Translations under genes and position numbers: made by a program
Assembly: GCA_001800605.1 (NCBI GenBank)
Contig: MGVS01000070.1
Span: 2,910 to 66,909, forward strand
Length of the DNA stretch: 64,000 bases
Source of the DNA: Elusimicrobia bacterium RIFOXYD2_FULL_34_15
GTDB taxonomy: Bacteria > Elusimicrobiota > UBA8919
Reading direction: 5' to 3'
Notes under the pieces: generated by a model
Database searches by the model: none
What the model saw: only the letters and a program-made list of their open reading frames with translations
Told to the model about the DNA's origin: nothing
Shown here: in pieces, positions 59,142 through 64,000 of the stretch
How positions within the stretch are numbered: position 1 is the first letter of the stretch
Layout: the number at the start of each line of letters is the position of its first letter

Positions 59142-59646
59142 ATTTTCCGTTTTTTATTATACATACAGCATAGGCGCAGATTGCTTTACCTTTGCCGATG
59201 TTTCCAACTCCTTCGTTTGTTGTTGCTTTGATGCTTATATTCTTTGTTTTTAAAATCTTTGAAATTTTACTTTTCATATTTTCTATATATGAAGAAATTT
59301 TTGGCTGTTCTGCAATAACCATAGAATCTATATTTTCAATTTTGTATCCTAATTTTTTAATTAAATTATGTGTTTTTTCCAGCAAAATTAAACTTGAAAT
59401 ATTTTTAAACTTTTTATCAGAATTTGGAAAATGAATGCCTATATCACCTAGCCCTGCCGCACCAAGAAGTGAATCACAAATTGCATGAAGCAGGACATCA
59501 CCGTCAGAATGAGCAAGCATCCCTTTTTTAAATTTTATTTTTACTCCACCTAAATAAAGAGGCTTACCTTTTACTAATCTATGAATATCATAACCAAAAC
59601 CAATACGGATAGTGGTGTTCTGATGTTCTATAGTTCTACTGTTCAT
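59134..59646 (-). CDS. ispF: 2-C-methyl-D-erythritol 2,4-cyclodiphosphate synthase
   Basis: IGFGYDIHRL, HSDGDVLLHAICDSLLGAAGLGDIGIHFP, and C-terminal KATTNEGVGNIGKGKAICAYAVCII, which corresponds to the canonical IspF C-terminus. Confidence 0.9.
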   Translation of the reverse strand: MNSRTIEHQNTTIRIGFGYDIHRLVKGKPLYLGGVKIKFKKGMLAHSDGDVLLHAICDSLLGAAGLGDIGIHFPNSDKKFKNISSLILLEKTHNLIKKLGYKIENIDSMVIAEQPKISSYIENMKSKISKILKTKNISIKATTNEGVGNIGKGKAICAYAVCIIKNGKYD

Positions 59647-60287
59647 AAGTTTTTGATATCGTCTTTGGTTGTTATTTTTATGTTTTTATATTCGCCCAAA
59701 ACAATTCTTACTTTCCTACCTAATTTTTCTACCAATGCCGAGTCGTCTGTTGAAAAATAGTTATTTTTAAATGCTTTTTTATAAGCCTGCATAATTATCG
59801 AATATTTAAATGTTTGCGGTGTTTGAGCTAGAAATATATTTCTACGTTCAGGTGTTGAGATAATATATTCATTTTTTACAATTTTAACAGTATCTTTTAC
59901 CGGTACGGCAACAATGGCTGCTCCACATTTTTTAGCAGCCGAAATACTCTCAGAAATAATTTCTTTAGATATAAAAGGTCTTACACCGTCATGTATTATT
60001 ACAATATCAGTATTTAACGGAAGTGCGGAAAGCCCGTTAAAAACTGAATGCTGTCTTGTTTTTCCACCTGATACGATTTTAACATTTTCAGGAAATTTCA
60101 AGTTTTTAATTATATTTTTGATATTATCTTTTGGTAAAACAATAACTATATTTTTTAGCTGATTAATGCCTAGAAATTTAGAAAGCGTTATTTCAAATAT
60201 CCGTCTATGGCCTATATATTCAAATTGTTTTTTTGAACCAAATCTCTTACCTGAACCGGCAGCAACAATTATTGCGGAAATATTCAT
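59643..60287 (-). CDS. ispD: 2-C-methyl-D-erythritol 4-phosphate cytidylyltransferase
   Basis: AIIVAAGSGKRFG nucleotide-binding motif. Confidence 0.9.
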   Translation of the reverse strand: MNISAIIVAAGSGKRFGSKKQFEYIGHRRIFEITLSKFLGINQLKNIVIVLPKDNIKNIIKNLKFPENVKIVSGGKTRQHSVFNGLSALPLNTDIVIIHDGVRPFISKEIISESISAAKKCGAAIVAVPVKDTVKIVKNEYIISTPERRNIFLAQTPQTFKYSIIMQAYKKAFKNNYFSTDDSALVEKLGRKVRIVLGEYKNIKITTKDDIKNL

Positions 60288-60317
60288 TGTTTTTTAAGAG
60301 TCAATTTAAAATTTAAA

Positions 60318-60364
60318 ATTTCCACCACTGATACTTCGGTGGATCCGCCTACGACTTAGTGGCG
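60318..60364. repeat. GC-rich hairpin pair (CCACCACTGATACTTCGGTGG, CCGCCTACGACTTAGTGGCGG) downstream of ispD
   Basis: Family shared with 37803-37878, 48686-48718 and 21066-21092. Confidence 0.65.
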
Positions 60365-60450
60365 GAAAAAATTAAGATTTTATATCTCAATTTTTAATCC
60401 AGTAACTAACTCGGGACAAGTTTTTGCATTTTTAATTTTTTTTAACTCTC

Positions 60451-61443
60451 TTAGCTTTCTTCAGTTTCTTTTGTTACATTAGCAAATACCATTCTACCGG
60501 TTGATGTTTGCAGAATATTTGAGACAACAATATTAACCTTTTTACCTATATGACTGCGTCCGTTTTCAACAACTATCATTGTACCATCGTCAAGATATGC
60601 TACTGCCTGACTTTTTTCTTTTCCCTCTTTCATAAGATAAATACTTAATATCTCTCCGGGTAATAGTGCAGGTTTTATTACACCTGCAAGTTCGTTAACA
60701 TTAAGTACTGCGACACCGTGTACCGATGCTACTTTGTTAAGGTTGAAATCCGTTGTTATAATTTTTGCTTTTAAATCCTCTGCGAGTTTCAATATTTTTG
60801 CATCAGTTTGTTTTATTTCAGAATAATCTTTTTCAAAAAATTTTACCGGTACTATAGAGTTTTGTCTTATTTTGTTTAACAAATCCAGTCCTCTTCTTCC
60901 GCGCTGACGCTTGATAGAATCTGCAGAATCAGCTAAAATTTGTAATTCCGCAACGATAAATTCAGGAATAACGATAATTCCTGATATAAAATTTGTTTCA
61001 ATAATATCTATTATTCTCCCGTCGATTATTGCTGAAGTATCAAGTATTTTCAGGTCGCCTTGTCTTTTTTGGGATGTTAAATGGATATCTTTATCAAGTA
61101 AAGATAGTTCTTCCTTTTTTCTAACTGCGATTATAAGTCCCAAATATGCTAAAACCATTTTAATTAAAATTGAATATGTCTTCATAAACCTGTCTAATTT
61201 TGGTTCTTCCATTAAATATACAGAATAATCCATAAGTTTTGCGGCAATTAACCCGAGAATTGCGCCAAGACATCCAGCTATTATTGAATCTAGCGGAATC
61301 ATTTCTATAACTATTTCAATTAATATTACTAATAAAGCAACACCGACACCTATTAAAATTCCTTTAGCATCTTTTGAAATTTGAAACCAGCCAATTACCG
61401 GGCCGGCAATTATAATTATTGATCTAATAATCCAGATAAACAC
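60451..61443 (-). CDS. PIN/TRAM domain protein (YacL-like) with N-terminal TM helices
   Basis: PIN core ILDTSAIIDGRI, followed by a TRAM-like C-domain. Confidence 0.7.
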   Translation of the reverse strand: MFIWIIRSIIIIAGPVIGWFQISKDAKGILIGVGVALLVILIEIVIEMIPLDSIIAGCLGAILGLIAAKLMDYSVYLMEEPKLDRFMKTYSILIKMVLAYLGLIIAVRKKEELSLLDKDIHLTSQKRQGDLKILDTSAIIDGRIIDIIETNFISGIIVIPEFIVAELQILADSADSIKRQRGRRGLDLLNKIRQNSIVPVKFFEKDYSEIKQTDAKILKLAEDLKAKIITTDFNLNKVASVHGVAVLNVNELAGVIKPALLPGEILSIYLMKEGKEKSQAVAYLDDGTMIVVENGRSHIGKKVNIVVSNILQTSTGRMVFANVTKETEES

Positions 61444-61572
61444 GACTCCTCCTTAACAGCAATTAAAAATTTGAAATTAAAAATGTAAAATTGATGTGAA
61501 AATATTTTTAAATTCGATTTTATTAATAAATACCTCAATTTTTAATTTTGCATTTTGCATTTTAAATTGTTT

Positions 61573-62940
61573 CTATACTTTTATGGCGTTTATTGCTTCA
61601 AATACTGTTTCAACCGGCACGATTTTTATCTTTAATTTTTCGTCAATTCCTTTTACATTGTGTTTTGGAATTAAACATTTTTCAAAACCAAGTTTTTCTA
61701 GTTCAGTTAACCTTTGAGAGATATGCGTAACTGCTCTAATTTCGCCTGTTAAACCAACTTCACCTATAATGCCAAAATTAGCGGGTATTACAAAATTCAT
61801 AGTAGCAGAAGCAATAGAACATGCAACTGCTAAATCACAAGACGGTTCTTTTGTCTTAATCCCGCCGACTATATTTACAAAAATATCCTGATTTGAAAGT
61901 CTAAGCCCGAGCCGTTTCTCCAATACAGCAATTATAATAGATGCCCTATTGTATTCAAAACCGGAGAATTGCCTTCTTGGAACAGGTATTGGGGTCGAGG
62001 CAACCAAAGCCTGAACTTCCAGTAAAATCGGTCGATTCCCTTCTATAATGCATGTAATGACACTACCGGAAACATTTTTAGGTTTCTCACCTATAAAAAT
62101 TTCAGAAGGATTTTTAACCTCTTTTAAGCCGGTTTCCTGCATTTCAAAAATTCCGACTTCATTAGTTGCGCCGAACCTGTTTTTAAAACATCTTAAAATA
62201 CGGTAAGAATGATGTTGTTCTGCACTAAAATAAAGAACTGTATCTACAATATGCTCTAAAAGCCGTGGTCCCGCAAGAGTGCCTTCTTTTGTTACGTGTC
62301 CGCATATAAATGTTGAAACCGGCAAAGATTTACTAATTGATAAAAGTTCTGCGGTAGTTTCTCTAACCTGCGAAACACTTCCGGGAGCAGATGCTATATC
62401 GTCCCTGTACATAGTTTGTATTGAATCAATAAAGAGAAATTTTGGTTTAATTTCGTTAACTTTTGAAATTATTTCAGAAAGCAATGTCTCAGAAGCAAGA
62501 AAGAGATTACCTTTATCTATTTTTAACCTTTGAGCGCGCATTTTAAGCTGTTCTAAAGATTCTTCACCGGATACATATAAACAAGTATATTGCTTTGAAA
62601 GATTTCCTGCTATCTGTAACAGTAAAGTTGATTTACCTATGCCGGGTTCGCCGCCGATTAAAATTAATTGGCCGTCAACTATTCCGCCGCTTAACAGATT
62701 ATCAAACTCATTAATCAATGTTTTATATCTGTTTTTTGTTGTCTGGATCTCGGAGATTTCATCTATTTTCTTGGCCGGTGAAGAAAAATTTGTTATATTT
62801 GTTCTGGTTTTTGATTCGGCAAATTTCCGTTCTTCGATAAATGAGTTCCACTTATCACAGTCGGGACATTTACCCAGCCATTTTGTTGATTCATAACCGC
62901 ATTCCTGACAAATAAATATAGTTTTATCTGCTGTTTTCAT
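61573..62940 (-). CDS. radA: DNA repair protein RadA/Sms
   Basis: Zn-finger CxxC..CxxC, Walker A GEPGIGKST, KNRFG motif, Lon-like C-domain. Confidence 0.95.
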   Translation of the reverse strand: MKTADKTIFICQECGYESTKWLGKCPDCDKWNSFIEERKFAESKTRTNITNFSSPAKKIDEISEIQTTKNRYKTLINEFDNLLSGGIVDGQLILIGGEPGIGKSTLLLQIAGNLSKQYTCLYVSGEESLEQLKMRAQRLKIDKGNLFLASETLLSEIISKVNEIKPKFLFIDSIQTMYRDDIASAPGSVSQVRETTAELLSISKSLPVSTFICGHVTKEGTLAGPRLLEHIVDTVLYFSAEQHHSYRILRCFKNRFGATNEVGIFEMQETGLKEVKNPSEIFIGEKPKNVSGSVITCIIEGNRPILLEVQALVASTPIPVPRRQFSGFEYNRASIIIAVLEKRLGLRLSNQDIFVNIVGGIKTKEPSCDLAVACSIASATMNFVIPANFGIIGEVGLTGEIRAVTHISQRLTELEKLGFEKCLIPKHNVKGIDEKLKIKIVPVETVFEAINAIKV

Positions 62941-63818
62941 TGATTTGAATTTTGTTTATTTTTATCTTTTTCTAAATTACTTTTCACTTCTTTTGCTTTT
63001 TTTTCATCAACAATCCACTTTGAAGGAGCATTCTCCATCATTTTTGAAAAGATATGTAAACTGCCAATAGTATCCCTTAAATCACTATCAAGTTTTTTAT
63101 CTGCAACTAGTCCGCCGAGCGCTCCTTTACCGTTTTCAATTGATTTCGAAATATTTTCAAGAGATGTAAGTGTATTACTTAATTTTTGTGTCATAGTGTC
63201 AAGTTTGCCCTGTGACGTCACTTTTCGCAGGTCTTTAGAAAATGCATTAAGATTACTAAAAGTCGATTTGAAATCTGATTCTCTTAATTCTTTTGAAATA
63301 GCTGCTAAATCAGCAGAAAATGAATTTAAGTTACTAATAGTAGATTTAATACCGGTATCCGAAGTTAAACCTTTTAGAGAATCTAGTAAGGAATTAATTG
63401 CACTTTGTGTTTTGTCGAACATTTTATCTATACTTATCGGATCTATCCCTGTAATAGTATCATTATCTACTAATAATTTTGTATCGGGAGTTCCGGAAGT
63501 TAGCTGAATAAATTTTACTCCGATAATTCCGGACGAAAATATATATGCCTGAGTGTTTGAAAAAATTTTTACATTATCATTTATCCAAACTGTTACTTTT
63601 GCTTTTTCATTTTCAAGTTCGATGTCTTTAACATAACCGACATTTACACCTGCTACCTGTACTTTTGCTTGTCTTAGAAGTCCTTGAATGTCATTATAAA
63701 GAATATTAACTTTATAACCTTTTTCTAAAAATCGTATTCCTGATAGTATCATAATAGAAGCTGCAAGTACCAATGTTCCAAAAATAATAACAATCCCGAC
63801 TTTGGTTTCCTGTTTCAT
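62937..63818 (-). CDS. MCE/MlaD family protein (outer-membrane lipid asymmetry / Mla system substrate-binding component)
   Basis: N-terminal TM then MCE domain (YKVNILYNDIQGLLRQAKVQVAGVNVGYV). Confidence 0.7.
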   Translation of the reverse strand: MKQETKVGIVIIFGTLVLAASIMILSGIRFLEKGYKVNILYNDIQGLLRQAKVQVAGVNVGYVKDIELENEKAKVTVWINDNVKIFSNTQAYIFSSGIIGVKFIQLTSGTPDTKLLVDNDTITGIDPISIDKMFDKTQSAINSLLDSLKGLTSDTGIKSTISNLNSFSADLAAISKELRESDFKSTFSNLNAFSKDLRKVTSQGKLDTMTQKLSNTLTSLENISKSIENGKGALGGLVADKKLDSDLRDTIGSLHIFSKMMENAPSKWIVDEKKAKEVKSNLEKDKNKQNSNQ

Positions 63819-63877
63819 TATAAATTATCTCCTTAATTTACCCTGTATCCCACGCGATACTGGGGGGTTAACTTTCA

Positions 63878-64000
63878 AACATTTTCATTTTTATTGGACC
63901 TGTAGAAGAACCTGTTGTAAATTGTTTTATATATGGATTTTTAGTATTTTTTATCTCTTCTGAAGAACCTTCACCTATAATTTTACCTTCGAATAGCATT
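63878..64000 (-). CDS. ABC transporter ATP-binding protein, MlaF-like, C-terminal fragment. The N-terminus lies beyond the window end.
   Basis: Own translation ...LFEGKIIGEGSSEEIKNTKNPYIKQFTTGSSTGPIKMKMFES*. The MlaF/Mkl C-terminal motif is PYVRQF. Confidence 0.5.

Noticed and set aside
63819-63877. Possible hairpin CCCTGTATCCCACGCGATACTGGGGGG between the MCE and mlaF-like genes
   Set aside because: The arms are not truly complementary on inspection (TGTATC vs GATACT). Probably just a short GC-rich spacer.

Overview
This is a 64-kb stretch of a low-GC (about 30-35% by eye, AT-richer between genes) chromosome from a diderm bacterium. LptD, MlaD/MlaF-like, a CsgG-like lipoprotein, type IV pilins and FlbD-MotA-MotB are all present. 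I cannot assign the lineage from sequence alone. Nearly all genes are on the minus strand and are mostly housekeeping.

Gene content, as coordinates run:
- birA' (partial) and nadC, then uvrB.
- A type IV minor-pilin operon (PilX-like, a 175-aa pilin, an 857-aa pilin-like protein). Two small selfish-type genes are embedded in it: a GxxExxY/PD-(D/E)xK gene and a four-helix-bundle 23S-rRNA-IVS/Avd-like gene.
- lptD, a ROK glucokinase, folC, accD, trpA and trpB.
- A complete F-type ATP synthase operon (atpZ/I-like, B, E, F, H, A, G, D, C).
- CsgG-like and DUF799-like lipoproteins.
- An amino-acid biosynthesis supercluster: ilvN-ilvB-ilvD-cimA-lysC-thrB-thrC-hom-aminotransferase...ilvC.
- tyrS, a YfhO-like membrane protein, PBP1A (plus strand) and a DUF2148 protein.
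- A VWA/HAMP/TPR/lipoprotein cluster, ppdK, motB-motA-flbD, rlmB and cysS.
- An accessory island wedged between cysS and ispF, followed by ispD, a PIN/TRAM protein, radA, an MCE protein and a partial mlaF-like gene.

Two things stand out.
1. The genome segment is saturated with at least eight families of short interspersed repeats:
   - GTAACGGGTAACGAG
   - (CTGTATC)n
   - CTCTACC
   - GATTACACAG pairs
   - TTAAAAGTTAAAA
   - ATCTGCGT/ATCTGCTTC
   - GC-rich CCGCCACT..AGTGGCGG hairpins
   - a 46-nt element
   Several of these are read through as protein. They supply signal-peptide cores for LptD and several lipoproteins, stop codons for three genes, and a roughly 35-codon in-frame insertion inside thrC.
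2. The island between ispF and cysS carries a type II restriction-modification pair. It also carries three paralogous small 2-TM proteins with a conserved N-terminal WD-SPKWL motif. Each is preceded by a copy of the ispF 3' tail (two partial duplicates plus the native one), with the same overlapping stop/start architecture. This looks like serial cassette integration or duplication at the ispF 3' end.

I saw no CRISPR array, tRNA or rRNA.
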